The notes: generated by a model not told the origin, from the letters alone. DNA of 64,000 nucleotides from Alphaproteobacteria bacterium (GCA_964291215.2 OZ219790.1:2530588-2594587); one strand, 5' to 3'. Shown: positions 19,623 through 30,009, counted from the stretch's first letter. Made by a program: numbers and translations.

Positions 19623-21346
19623 TGGTCTTCTCCTTGTGGATGTCCTGTCTGACTGTTCACTGTACCCGTCTGGGGCACAACACGCTCGAAACCGTACTCA
19701 TTCCTCGCCCCGTCTTCCGTGATGTATCCGGCGTCGAGATCGGCCTCGACCAACTCGGCGCCCCGCTCGCGCGGGTCTCCGAGTCCGCCACCGCCCGGAA
19801 GCTCGACAACCAGGTGCTCGCCCCCGGGAATCTCGTGGACGGCCTTTCCGGCGAGCACGCGCCCGCCGGAAAGGCGCGCCGCGCCCGCGGCCCCGGGACG
19901 CCCGCCCTCGCGACCGCGCGCAGGATTTTGCGTGCGATCGAAGGTGGCAGCCGACACGGTGAAGGGATGCTCCTCGGCGCTGCCGACCTCGATGACCTGG
20001 CCGAGGCCGCCGCGGAACGCGCCCGGACCTCCGGAATCGGGCAGGAACTCCTTGCGCCAGAACACGAGCGGCGCTTCCGATTCCGTCACCTCGACCGGTA
20101 TCGCGCCGACGCCGCTCGGAAAGGCGGTGACCGAGAGGCCGTCCCTGCCCGGGCGCGCGCCGACGCCGCCCATGCCGACATTCATGACGTTGAACCGAGA
20201 CGCGTTGCCCGGCGCGCCGCCAGCGTCAGCAAAGGGCAGCACCCAGATGCTGCCCGCGCTCTCGGCGGGCACGCGGCCGGGAAGCGCCTGGGCGAGGCAG
20301 CCGAAGGCGATGTCTGGCAGCATCTGGCCGATGACATGGCGCGCGGTAACCGGGCTCGGATGGACGGGATGGACGACGGAGCCGCGCTCGGCGACGATCC
20401 GGAGCACGCTCAGCGAGCCGTGGTTGTTGGGCACGGCGGGAGCGACGATGCACTTGATGCCGAAGCAGGTATAGGCCTCGGTGTAGCAGAGTGGCGAGTT
20501 GATACCGTAGGCCGACGCCGCCGAGGTGCCGCCGTAATCGACGACGATGCCGTCGTCGGAGACCGTCATTTCCGCCCTGATGCTGACCGGGGCGTCGTAA
20601 CCATCGAGCTCCATCTCGGTGCGGTAGCAGCCGTTTGGGACGGCGCGCACCGCCTCGGCCATCGCCGAGCGCGAACTCTCGATGATGTAGTCCGCGAGCG
20701 GAGCGATCTCATCGAGGCCAAACTCGGTCATCATCTCGTCGAGCCGCGCCCGCCCGGTATCGTTGCACGCCACGAGCGACAGGATGTCACCCTTCATCTC
20801 GACCGGATTCCGGCTGTTGGCGCAGAGGATGGCAAAGAGCTCGTCATTGAGCGCGTCGCCGCTCCTGAGCCGCGTGTGCGGAATCAGGATTCCCTCCTCG
20901 TAGATCGATCGCGCCTCCGCGGTGAAGCCGCGCCCGCCGACATCGATGACGTGGCAGGTCGAGGCGAACAGGGCGACCGGCTTTTCGTCGCGCCAGGCCG
21001 GCGTCACGACCACGAAATCGAAGAGGTGGCCGGTGCCGAGCCAAGGGTCGTTGGTAACGAACACATCACCCGGGGCCATCACCGCGAGCGGGAAGCGCCC
21101 GAGAAAATGCTCGACCGCCCGCGCCATGGTGTTGACGTGGCCGGGCGTGCCGGTGACCGCCTGCGCGATCATGCGGCCGCGGAGGTCGTAGATCCCGGCC
21201 GAGAGGTCGCCAGCCTCGCGGACCACCGAGCCGAACGCGGTCCTGAGGATGGTCTGCGCCTGCTCCTCGACCACCGCGACGAGGCGGTTCCACATCACCT
21301 GGCGGTGGATGGCGTTGAGGGCGGACGCGTCCGACGCCGGCTTCAT
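19619..21346 (-). CDS. Hydantoinase B / oxoprolinase family protein
   Basis: RTAFGSVVREAGDLSAG, NDPWLGTGHLFD, HVIDVGG, DSGGPGAFRGG, PGGGGLGDP. Confidence 0.9.
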   Translation of the reverse strand: MKPASDASALNAIHRQVMWNRLVAVVEEQAQTILRTAFGSVVREAGDLSAGIYDLRGRMIAQAVTGTPGHVNTMARAVEHFLGRFPLAVMAPGDVFVTNDPWLGTGHLFDFVVVTPAWRDEKPVALFASTCHVIDVGGRGFTAEARSIYEEGILIPHTRLRSGDALNDELFAILCANSRNPVEMKGDILSLVACNDTGRARLDEMMTEFGLDEIAPLADYIIESSRSAMAEAVRAVPNGCYRTEMELDGYDAPVSIRAEMTVSDDGIVVDYGGTSAASAYGINSPLCYTEAYTCFGIKCIVAPAVPNNHGSLSVLRIVAERGSVVHPVHPSPVTARHVIGQMLPDIAFGCLAQALPGRVPAESAGSIWVLPFADAGGAPGNASRFNVMNVGMGGVGARPGRDGLSVTAFPSGVGAIPVEVTESEAPLVFWRKEFLPDSGGPGAFRGGLGQVIEVGSAEEHPFTVSAATFDRTQNPARGREGGRPGAAGAARLSGGRVLAGKAVHEIPGGEHLVVELPGGGGLGDPRERGAELVEADLDAGYITEDGARNEYGFERVVPQTGTVNSQTGHPQGEDQ

Positions 21347-23451
21347 GGCGCGGCCTCCCGCCCCGACGACAGGTCTTCCATGACGATATTGTCGCGCATG
21401 TCGATCGAGGCCATGAAGTCAGCCGGAACGATGGTCGAGGTCTGGTCCTCCGCAATGACCGCGGGCCCGGCAATGTCCATCCCCCTCTCAAGCCCGCCGC
21501 GCCAGTAGACGGGACAATCCACCATCCCGCCGAGCCCGGCGTCGTAGAGCCTGCGGGCGCCGCCGTTCGCCACGGAAGGTTGCGGCGGCGATGGCGGCAG
21601 TGCGCCGGCGGCCTGCGGTGCCTCGGCCGACACGGTCACCGACCACGACGTGCTCTCGACATCGAGCTCGGCGATGGTGAGCCCATAGATCTCGCCGTAG
21701 AGCGTCTCGAACCGTTCCCTCAGGAGAGCGGCGCCGCCGGCACCCAGCGGCGCGTCGTCGAGCGCGAGGCGCAGGTCATGGCCCTGTCCCGCATAGCGCA
21801 GCTCGACGGTGCGGCCGGCCGCGAGCGGGGCGCCGTCCGGCACACCCGGTGCGACGATCGCGGTCGCCTCCGCCACCATGCCCCGGAGCATGGCGTCGAC
21901 GCGGGCACCGTCGAAATCCGACAGCATGACGCGGAGCGAGCGGACGACCGTGTAGCTGACCGGCGCCAGCAGGAAGCCGATCGCCGAGCCGACGCCAGCG
22001 CCTTTCGGGATCACCACCCGGCGGATGCCGAGCTTCCGGGCGAGACGCCCAGCGTGGAGAGGTGCGCCGCCGCCGAAGGCGATCATGGTGTGCCGGGCGA
22101 TGTCCTTTCCCCGTTCGACCGCGTGGACCCGGGCCGCGTTCGACATGTTCTCTTCCACCATCTCGGCAACGCCGACGGCCGGCCAGTGGTCGGCGAGACC
22201 GAGAGGCTCGCCGACATCCCGCGCGAGCGCGAGAGAGGACCGGTCGGCCTCGAGCGCGATCCGGCCGCCAGCGAAGCGGTCGGGATCGAGCTTCCCCAGC
22301 ACGAGGTTGGCGTCAGTGACCGTCGCGTTCCGCCCGCCGAGACCGTAGCAGGCAGGGCCCGGCTCGGAGCCGGCGCTCGACGGTCCAACCCGGATCTGTC
22401 CCATCTCGTCGACGCGGGCGATAGAACCCCCGCCGGCGCCGATCTCGACCATCTCGATCACCGGCACGCGGACCGGCAGGCCGCTGCCCTTGAGGTCGCG
22501 GTATTTGCGCGCGACCTCGAACGTCCGCGACCGCTCGGGCTCGCCGTTCTCGATCAGGCAGATCTTGGCCGTCGTCCCGCCCATGTCGAGCGAAAGCGCG
22601 TCGGCGAGCCCGCAATCCCCAGCGACATGGCCGGCCAGCATGACGCCGCCGGCAGGGCCGGACTCGACGAGTCGCACGGGAAACCTCGCCGCGTTCTCCA
22701 GCGTCGTCAGCCCGCCGCCCGACATCATCATGAAGAACGGGCACGTCAACCCACGTGCACCGAGGCTGCCGCGAAGCCTGTGGAGATAGCCCGACATCAG
22801 CGGCCGAACATAGGCGTTGGCGCAGGTCGTCGAAAAGCGCTCGTATTCGCGCATCTCGGGGCAAACCTCGCTCGAGAGGCACACCGTCGCGCCGTCGAGC
22901 TCGTCCTCGAGGATGCGTCCGATCTCGCGCTCGTGCCCGGGATAGGCGTAGGCGTGTATCAGGCCGACGGCGACGGCCTCGACCTCCTCGTCCCTGAGCC
23001 GGGCGGCCACGGCGCGGATCTGGCCGGCGTCGAGCGTCGCGAGGACCCGCCCGGCCGCCGAGACGCGCTCGCGGACGGGGATGCGGAGCGACCGGGGAAC
23101 CAGCGGAGCCGGACGGTCCATGAACACGTCATACTGCTCGAACCGCTTCTCGAAGCCCATCTCGAGGATGTCCCGGAAGCCCTCCGTGGTCAGGAACGCC
23201 GTCTTCGCGCCCTTGCGCTCGATCAGAGCGTTGGTGGCGAGCGTCGTTCCGTGAACGAAGATGTCGATGTCGCGGGGCGCGATGCCAGCGCGGTCGAGGA
23301 TGCGCGCGACGCCCTCGACGACGCCCTCCTCCGGCGCGCGCGGCGTCGTCAGGACCTTGGCCGTCCAGCGGCCGGCCGGCGCGTCGAGGACGATGTCGGT
23401 GAAGGTGCCCCCGATATCGGCCGCCAGCCTTGTCTGCCGCGAGCCCGTCAT
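21343..23451 (-). CDS. Hydantoinase A / oxoprolinase family protein
   Basis: DIGGTFTD, HGTTLATNALIERKG, ESGPAGG, DMGGTTAK, IGAGGGSIA, AFGGGAPLH. Confidence 0.9.
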   Translation of the reverse strand: MTGSRQTRLAADIGGTFTDIVLDAPAGRWTAKVLTTPRAPEEGVVEGVARILDRAGIAPRDIDIFVHGTTLATNALIERKGAKTAFLTTEGFRDILEMGFEKRFEQYDVFMDRPAPLVPRSLRIPVRERVSAAGRVLATLDAGQIRAVAARLRDEEVEAVAVGLIHAYAYPGHEREIGRILEDELDGATVCLSSEVCPEMREYERFSTTCANAYVRPLMSGYLHRLRGSLGARGLTCPFFMMMSGGGLTTLENAARFPVRLVESGPAGGVMLAGHVAGDCGLADALSLDMGGTTAKICLIENGEPERSRTFEVARKYRDLKGSGLPVRVPVIEMVEIGAGGGSIARVDEMGQIRVGPSSAGSEPGPACYGLGGRNATVTDANLVLGKLDPDRFAGGRIALEADRSSLALARDVGEPLGLADHWPAVGVAEMVEENMSNAARVHAVERGKDIARHTMIAFGGGAPLHAGRLARKLGIRRVVIPKGAGVGSAIGFLLAPVSYTVVRSLRVMLSDFDGARVDAMLRGMVAEATAIVAPGVPDGAPLAAGRTVELRYAGQGHDLRLALDDAPLGAGGAALLRERFETLYGEIYGLTIAELDVESTSWSVTVSAEAPQAAGALPPSPPQPSVANGGARRLYDAGLGGMVDCPVYWRGGLERGMDIAGPAVIAEDQTSTIVPADFMASIDMRDNIVMEDLSSGREAAP

Positions 23452-23517
23452 GTGCCGGATGCTCTCATCTCCTGCAGCCACCGATAGCATGGTACGGTAG
23501 ATGCAACCAGTGTTGCA

Positions 23518-23543
23518 AATTTATTGCAAATTTGCAATAAATT
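23518..23543. promoter_or_regulatory. Perfect 26-bp palindrome; probable operator of the divergent promoters
   Basis: AATTTATTGCAAA|TTTGCAATAAATT, AT-rich, between hydantoinase A and kynU. Confidence 0.7.
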
Positions 23544-23567
23544 GCGCTCCGAAACGGCATCCGGCCC

Positions 23568-24827
23568 ATGGAGAGTTACGCCCCCTGCACACTGGAAGAC
23601 TGCCACGCTCTCGACGGGCGCGATCCCCTCGCTGGGCTGCGCGCGAAGTTCGCCCTGCCGGAGACCGGCCGCCTTCATCTCGACGCCAATTCCATCGGCG
23701 CGATGCCGGCCGACGCGCCCGGCCGGGTCGCGCGCCTGCTTGCGGGAAGCTGGCGCGACAAGGGCCGGCGCTCGTGGTCCACCGAGGACTGGCTGGAGAA
23801 GCCGCGGGAGCTCGGCGCCGCGATCTCGCACATGGTCGGCGCCGCTCCCGGCGATGTGGTCGTGTGCGACAGCACCACGGTCAACCTGTTCAAGCTGCTC
23901 TGCCATGCGTGGATACTGCGCGCCGGCGGCAACGTGATCCTCACCGAGAGCCACAACTTTCCGACCGATGTCCATGTCGCCCAGGGCTTCGTGCGGCTGC
24001 TCGCCGATCTCGGGGTGGAGGCAGAAGTCCGAATGGCGGAGAGCCGCAACCGGCTCGCCGACATGCTGGATCGCGACGTGGCGGTCCTCTACCTTACCCA
24101 GACGGACTACCGATCGAGCGAGCGCTGGGACATGGCCGAGATCAACCGGCTTGCGAGGTCGGCGGATGCGCTCACCCTGTGGGACCTTTCCCATTCCGCG
24201 GGCGCGCTCGATATTGACCTCGCCGGGGACGGAACGGACTTCGCGGTCGGGTGCGGCTACAAGTATCTGTGCGGCGGCCCGGGCGGCCCGGCGTTCCTCT
24301 TCGTCAACCCCGCGCACCAGGGCGCCGCCTGGCCGGCCATCGCCGGATGGATGGGGCACGCGCAGTGGGACAGGTTCCTTGCCGACTACGAGCCCGCCGC
24401 AGGCGTTTCGAGCCACCTCACAGGCACGCCCCCGGTCGTGGCCAACGAGATCTTCGGCGCGGCGGCGGATATCTGGCGCACGGCAAGCCGCCGCGAAGTG
24501 GCGGCGAAACACGAATCGCTCACCGGGACGCTGATCGCGCTCCTCGACCAGGAATGCGGCGCCCTCGGCGCCCGGGTGACTTCGCCCAGGGAGTACGGGC
24601 GGCGGGGCGGCCATGTCTCGTTCGCCCATGCCGGCGCGGGACCGGTCACGGAAGCCCTCGCCGACCACGGGCTGGTCGGCTCGTTCCGCCATCCCGATTC
24701 GATCCGGTTCGGGCTGAGCCCGCTCTATCACAGCCATGAAGACGTCTGGAATGCGGTCGCGATCGTCAAGGACGTGCTGCAGCGCGAGGCGTGGCGAGAC
24801 CCCAGATACGCGACGGTCGCGATTTAG
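23568..24827 (+). CDS. kynU: Kynureninase (PLP-dependent)
   Basis: DPLAGLRAKF, DANSIG, DSTTVNLFK, NFPTD, WDLSHSAG, GCGYKYLCGGPGGP, RGGHVS, IRFGLSPLY. Confidence 0.85.
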   Translation: MESYAPCTLEDCHALDGRDPLAGLRAKFALPETGRLHLDANSIGAMPADAPGRVARLLAGSWRDKGRRSWSTEDWLEKPRELGAAISHMVGAAPGDVVVCDSTTVNLFKLLCHAWILRAGGNVILTESHNFPTDVHVAQGFVRLLADLGVEAEVRMAESRNRLADMLDRDVAVLYLTQTDYRSSERWDMAEINRLARSADALTLWDLSHSAGALDIDLAGDGTDFAVGCGYKYLCGGPGGPAFLFVNPAHQGAAWPAIAGWMGHAQWDRFLADYEPAAGVSSHLTGTPPVVANEIFGAAADIWRTASRREVAAKHESLTGTLIALLDQECGALGARVTSPREYGRRGGHVSFAHAGAGPVTEALADHGLVGSFRHPDSIRFGLSPLYHSHEDVWNAVAIVKDVLQREAWRDPRYATVAI

Positions 24828-24845
24828 CGCAGAGGAACGACGGCA

Positions 24846-25919
24846 ATGACGGCACCGGACGGCAACAAACCCCAAATCGCGCGCCTCAAGGCCTATTACA
24901 CGGAACTCGAAGCCGACCGCACCTATGTGTGGTGCAGTTGCGGCCGGAGCGCAGCGCAGCCGTTCTGCGACGGAAGCCATGCCGACACCGGCCTTCGGCC
25001 GGTGTGCTACCGGGCCGCGGCGGACGGAGAAGAGGTGCTGTTCTGCGGCTGCAAGCACACCGGCACGCCGCCGTTCTGCGACGGCGCGCATAACGGACTC
25101 GTCGATACCTATCCCGACGACGACCCTGACAGCGAACGAAACCGCGCGATCCCGTTCGCCGACATCCCGGACGGCCCGCGGGTGGCGCTCAATGGCGGCT
25201 GCTACGTGTTCTCGGCCGACCGCGCGCCGAAGGCCGAACGGGGCCCGGTCAGGTACTGCACGGTAATCGGGCCCGAGCACGGCTCGATCCACCAGTCGCA
25301 GTTCTGTTTCGAGGTCGGCGCCGGGGACGCGCCGGCAATGACGTTCGGCGACCGCCATGTCGTGCTGTTCATCTCCGAAGGAGATGCCGAGGTCACGATA
25401 TCAGGGCGGAGCTTCGCCGCCGAGACCCATTCGGGCGTCTATGTCCGGCCGGGCGAGGCGTTCGCCGTGACCGGAAGGACGGGAGGGTCGACCAGGTTCC
25501 TCGCCTCGGTGTGCCCGCGCGCAAAGGCGCCAGAATGGGTCGACGACATGCCGGACGGTTTCGACGAAGCGTATCCGGTTCGGGTGGTGTCGCTCGATCC
25601 GGCGCAGCGCCATGGAATGGCCAACCGCTCTTTCCAGATGCTCGTGGACAAGGGGGTCGGATCGAATGTGGTCGCCCAGTTCATCGGCCACATTCCGCTC
25701 TCGAAGGCGGCGCCGCATCGCCACCTCTACGAGGAAGCGCTCCTCATACTCTCGGGACAGGGCTGCATGTGGACGGATAATCTCAAGGCTCCGGTGCGGG
25801 CCGGCGACGTGATCTTCCTGCCGTGCAAGCAGATCCACTCGGTCGAGGCAACCAACGACAAGGGCATGCTCGTCGTCGGGACCATCTGCCCCGGCGACAA
25901 TCCCGCGATCAATTACTGA
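24846..25919 (+). CDS. Two CDGSH [2Fe-2S] domains fused to two cupin domains
   Basis: WCSCGRSAAQPFCDGSH, FCGCKHTGTPPFCDGAH; C-terminal cupin PHRHLYEE..HSVE. Confidence 0.8.
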   Translation: MTAPDGNKPQIARLKAYYTELEADRTYVWCSCGRSAAQPFCDGSHADTGLRPVCYRAAADGEEVLFCGCKHTGTPPFCDGAHNGLVDTYPDDDPDSERNRAIPFADIPDGPRVALNGGCYVFSADRAPKAERGPVRYCTVIGPEHGSIHQSQFCFEVGAGDAPAMTFGDRHVVLFISEGDAEVTISGRSFAAETHSGVYVRPGEAFAVTGRTGGSTRFLASVCPRAKAPEWVDDMPDGFDEAYPVRVVSLDPAQRHGMANRSFQMLVDKGVGSNVVAQFIGHIPLSKAAPHRHLYEEALLILSGQGCMWTDNLKAPVRAGDVIFLPCKQIHSVEATNDKGMLVVGTICPGDNPAINY

Positions 25920-26004
25920 ACTGCCGAGGCGACCGGCAACGCCTGCCTTGGCAGTTCACCCAAAACGGGAACCGCAGTCCCGCTCGGGAGCGTCGGCGCT
26001 ATCA

Positions 26005-26246
26005 ATAACTTGTGCGCGCACACATTCTGACATTTCCAAGCGAGCATCGGCATTGCGGCGATCCGCGTTCGGATTTCTGGCGAAACATCGAGCAGATCAG
26101 CGTTGGCCTCGCCACGATCCAAAACGCTGTCCAAGAATTCCTGTTCTGCCGTCATCAGGTCAAACAGCAACGCAAATCGCTCGCGACACAGCGCGATCGT
26201 CTCCTCGATCCATGCGTCGATCGCCCCCTTGCCGGTTTTTTTGCCG
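26005..26246 (-). pseudogene. C-terminal remnant resembling an AbiEii-family nucleotidyltransferase
   Basis: AEQEFLDSVLDRGEANADLL..RIAAMPMLAWKCQNV; 5' part replaced by IS ends. Confidence 0.45.
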
Positions 26247-26266
26247 GGTACTGTAACTTGATGTCT

Positions 26267-26660
26267 CCCCCGTTCCATAGTGAAGTGCAACACATGATGG
26301 GCTGTAGCCATGTGTTTTTAGACGCATGATGTTGCGGAGCGGTAGCGGCGAGAGTTCCTGTACAAGATGAAGGGAGCTTGTTCATGTCCAAAGACTACCG
26401 TCACCTACGAAGAGCGATGTCAGATTGAGGCAGAAAAGCGGTCTTTCACAAGGTGCGATTGCTCGGCAGCTGGGCCGATCAACAATTTTCCGGGAGATCA
26501 AGCGCAACACCGGGGGACGGGGTTACCGTCACAAGCAGGCGCAAAGGATGGCAGAAACGCAGGGCCGCCTCGTCTGTTTCTTGGCGGTTGACGCCTCGGG
26601 CTGAAGCTCAGAAAAAGCTGCGGGAGGGCCCCGAGCAGATCGGTCAGATCGGCAGCCAGA
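26267..26660 (+). mobile_element. IS30-family 5' fragment
   Basis: Nearly identical to 62691-63065; left end CCCCCGTTCCATAGTGAAGTGCAACAC; TYEERCQI HTH start. Confidence 0.75.
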
Positions 26661-26662
26661 TC

Positions 26663-27856
26663 GGTACTGTAACTTGATGTCTGGAAATTTGTCTGAGGTT
26701 TGCGCTTTGAGGCGTTTCACTGGGGGGCTAGCCCCCCAGTGAAACGCGGCGCCATCGTGCTATCCCATGGAGCTGTAAAACCTTCATGGAGGAAGCGAAT
26801 GGACCTGCGACACACTACGACGATCGGGACTGTTTTGGAACATCTGATCGCAAACGGAGCAACGGATCCGGGGCGGGTCTTTGGCCAGCTCTTCGAGCTT
26901 GCGATGCAAATCGAGCGCGAGCAGCACTTGAAAGCGGGCCACCGGAGCGACAGGGCCAACGGCTACAAGCGGATCGACACCCCCACTGTTACCGCTCAGG
27001 TGCCAAACGGTCACGGGGACGACCCGTCCCCAGTCGCTTGAACGCGGCCAGCGATCTTCTCGCGCCGTAGCCGAGATGTACATCAAGGGTGTTTCCACGC
27101 GGCAAGATGTAATGCGCGAGTTCGGGAGCCTGTCCTCTTCTCAGGGGCCACCAGGTTGCTCGATGAAGAACTCGCCGCGCAACCGGCCCCTGATGAAATA
27201 CCTGGATGCGCGCTACGAAAAAGCCCGCCATGACGGCGTTGTGCGCGATGTTGCAGTGCTCTCGGCCATCGGAACAGGGGCTGCAGGCACGTTCCGGGGC
27301 TCTCTGTGGCGCTCTCCGAGGCCGAGGTCCATTGAAGAGCCTTCCTGGAAAGCTTGCTAGCCCTGCATGGTACGACCTTCATCGTCTCGGATGCCGGGCT
27401 GAAAGCGGCACGGTGCTGGGCGCGGCGATGTGGCAGCGCTGCCAGTTCCACCTGGCGCAAAACGCCGTGCACCGAACAACGACATCAGGAAACGTATCGG
27501 AAAACAGCTCGGAGCCACGCCTCCTCACTCCAAACCGCCGAGGTTGAACTGGGCGCCCTCGTGGCCAGCGACAAGCATCCAGGCTTCCTGGCTGGAAAAG
27601 AATGCGGGGCTCGCTGTCTTCACCTTGCCCGATGCTCACCGCAAGCGTATGCGAACCTCGAACGGCATCGAGCGACCGATCCAGCAAGAGCTCAAGCGGC
27701 GCACCTCCAAAGTCAGGGTCTTTCCGAACCTCGCCTCGTTGGAGCGCCTCTCAACCGCAGTCCTCATCGACGAAAAATGGAAAACCGAAACCAAGATCAA
27801 ATGGGAACAGCTCGATCAGCTTCACGACAATTTCCAGACATCAGGTTGCGTAATCC
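26663..27856 (+). mobile_element. Degenerate IS256-family element
   Basis: TIRs ..CTTGATGTCTGGAAAT / ATTTCCAGACATCAGG..; AMQIEREQHL, MYIKGVSTR, YLDARYEK, WQRCQFH, RTSNGIER..ELKRRT..VFPN. Confidence 0.85.
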
Positions 27857-28127
27857 ACAGACAAAAACGCCAACGCAAACAACATGGATTCGATTATTTG
27901 GTGACAGACCCTAAGGAGGGTGATCTCGAAATAGCATAGCAATCGACGAGCTTCCCGCTTTCCTTCCAGCCCGGCCTTGTCGGCGGCGATCTGTGCTCGA
28001 ATTTGGATGGAACGAACTGTCGCCAGGATTTCGAAGAGAAGCTCGGCCGGCCCTGCCTTGACGCCGGAGCGCGCTTGGGCATGATTTTCCGGGGCCGATG
28101 ACGCGGCTGGAACCTGGGGGCACAGCG

Positions 28128-29438
28128 ATGTATGACGGCACGGAACCAGATTTCGGGAAACTGATCGAACCGGGACGGGTTCACCGCAGCGTCTATACCG
28201 ATCCCGCCATCTTCGAGATCGAGATGGAACGCGTCTTCGGGAGAGCGTGGGTCTTCGTTGGACACGACAGCCAGATTCCGGAGACCGGGAACTACATTAC
28301 CACGAAGATCGGCCGCCAGCCCGTCATCCTGATCCGCCACGGCGACGGCAACCCGTATGTACTCCTGAACCGTTGTGCCCATCGTGGCGCCAAGGTCTGC
28401 AATGAGGCTTGCGGCAACGCGAAGCGCTTGGTCTGTCTCTATCATGGCTGGAGCTACGACACCGACGGAACGCTTCTCGGCGTGACCATGCCGGAGGGCA
28501 GCGCGCGGGACTTCGACGCTGCTGAGTTCGGGCTCGCCCGCGCGCCGCGCATGGCGGCCTACCGGGGCTTCATCTTCGCCAGCCTGTCGGCTGAAGGAGC
28601 CGGGTTCGACGAGTTCCTCGGCCCGATGAAGGCGAACATCGACGATCTCGTAGATCGCGCGCCCGATGGCGAGATCCTGCTCGATGCTGGCCGCCACCGC
28701 TACAGCTACCGTGGCAATTGGAAGCTCCAGATCGAGAACGTGCTCGACTCCTATCATGTGCCGTTCAGCCACGCCTCGACGGTCAACGAGAAGGGCGAAC
28801 AGTTCTCGCGGCGCGAGGGCGATGAGAAGGGCGCCAAGGTCGTCGAGGGCAGCGGCAGGAAGAACTCCAAGACTTCGGATGCCTGGAAGGGGCGGCGCTC
28901 CTATGTCGTGGATTTCGGGCATGGCTGGACGAGCAAGACGGACCTTAATGACAAGGGGCGCACGAGCCCGGCTTGGGACGCATACAGGAAGGCGCTGGCG
29001 GCCAAGGTCGGCGAGGACCGGATGGAGGAGATCCTGACGCCGCAGTTCCACAACTCGCTGCTCTATCCGAACTGTTCCGTCATGGGACTCAACATCCATG
29101 TCCGTGTCGTCCATCCCGCCGCCGTCGACCGCACCGAGGTCGTCGTCTACCCGATCCGCCTCAAGGGCGCGCCCGACGAGATGAACTTCCGCAATATCCG
29201 TCTGCTCAATGTCACCCACTCGGGGGCGTCGTTCGTGCAGACCGACGACCTCGAATCCTTCCGCCGCACCCAGGAGGGGCTGCACAGTCTGCAGTCGGAC
29301 TGGGTCGACATCTCGCGCGGGCTCGGCGAGGAAGAAGCCGACCGGCGCTACAACGCGACATCGGAATCCGCGATGCACGAGATGGCAGTGCGTGCCCAGT
29401 ACAAGGCCTGGCTTCACTACATGTCCGGTGGAACCTGA
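28128..29438 (+). CDS. Rieske aromatic ring-hydroxylating oxygenase, alpha subunit
   Basis: NRCAHRG..CLYHGWSY Rieske motif; NWKLQIENVLDSYHVPFSH and DDLE mononuclear iron ligands. Confidence 0.92.
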   Translation: MYDGTEPDFGKLIEPGRVHRSVYTDPAIFEIEMERVFGRAWVFVGHDSQIPETGNYITTKIGRQPVILIRHGDGNPYVLLNRCAHRGAKVCNEACGNAKRLVCLYHGWSYDTDGTLLGVTMPEGSARDFDAAEFGLARAPRMAAYRGFIFASLSAEGAGFDEFLGPMKANIDDLVDRAPDGEILLDAGRHRYSYRGNWKLQIENVLDSYHVPFSHASTVNEKGEQFSRREGDEKGAKVVEGSGRKNSKTSDAWKGRRSYVVDFGHGWTSKTDLNDKGRTSPAWDAYRKALAAKVGEDRMEEILTPQFHNSLLYPNCSVMGLNIHVRVVHPAAVDRTEVVVYPIRLKGAPDEMNFRNIRLLNVTHSGASFVQTDDLESFRRTQEGLHSLQSDWVDISRGLGEEEADRRYNATSESAMHEMAVRAQYKAWLHYMSGGT

Positions 29439-29977
29439 TGGGCGCCGCCGATGCGGACCTCTTCACGCTCCCGGAGATGTCGCTCCCGGGCGGCGTACCG
29501 GGGATCGACCGCGAGCCCTTCGAACTCTTTCTCATCCACGAGGCGCGCCTTCTCGACGATCGCAGGTTCGAGGACTGGATGGCGCTGTTCACCGAGGACG
29601 GGCTCTACTGGGCGCCCGCCGAGGCCGGCCAGAAGGATCCCTGGCAGAGCGCCTCGCTGTTCTTTGACGACCGGGACCTCATGGGAACGCGCATCGCGCG
29701 CCTGCGCCATCCCCGGATCCACGTCCAGACGCCGCCGTCACGGACCAACCATGTCGTCGCCAACGTGATCGTCGAGGAGGCAGATGACGATGCCGGCCGC
29801 TATCTCGTGAGCTCGTCATCCTGGGTCGCCGAGTACCGGCTCGACCAGCAGCGCGTTTTTGCAGCGCGACAGTACCACCGCCTTGAACGCGACGCCGGGA
29901 GTTTCCGGATCGCCCTCAAGCGCGTCCATCTGATCAACTGCGATTCCGCCTTCGAGGCGATGGCGGTCCCGATCTGA
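29438..29977 (+). CDS. Aromatic ring-hydroxylating oxygenase, beta subunit
   Basis: FLIHEARLLDDRRFEDWMALF..YWAP..QTPPSRTNH..KRVHLINCD; TGATG overlap. Confidence 0.9.
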   Translation: MGAADADLFTLPEMSLPGGVPGIDREPFELFLIHEARLLDDRRFEDWMALFTEDGLYWAPAEAGQKDPWQSASLFFDDRDLMGTRIARLRHPRIHVQTPPSRTNHVVANVIVEEADDDAGRYLVSSSSWVAEYRLDQQRVFAARQYHRLERDAGSFRIALKRVHLINCDSAFEAMAVPI

Positions 29978-30009
29978 AGTCCGGTGCCCGGTCGCTGTCG
30001 GGCGTGCCG

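Noticed and set aside
19622-25358. Long antisense ORFs of 628-636 aa
   Set aside because: Shadow frames of high-GC genes (hydantoinase A/B, kynU) with no motifs.
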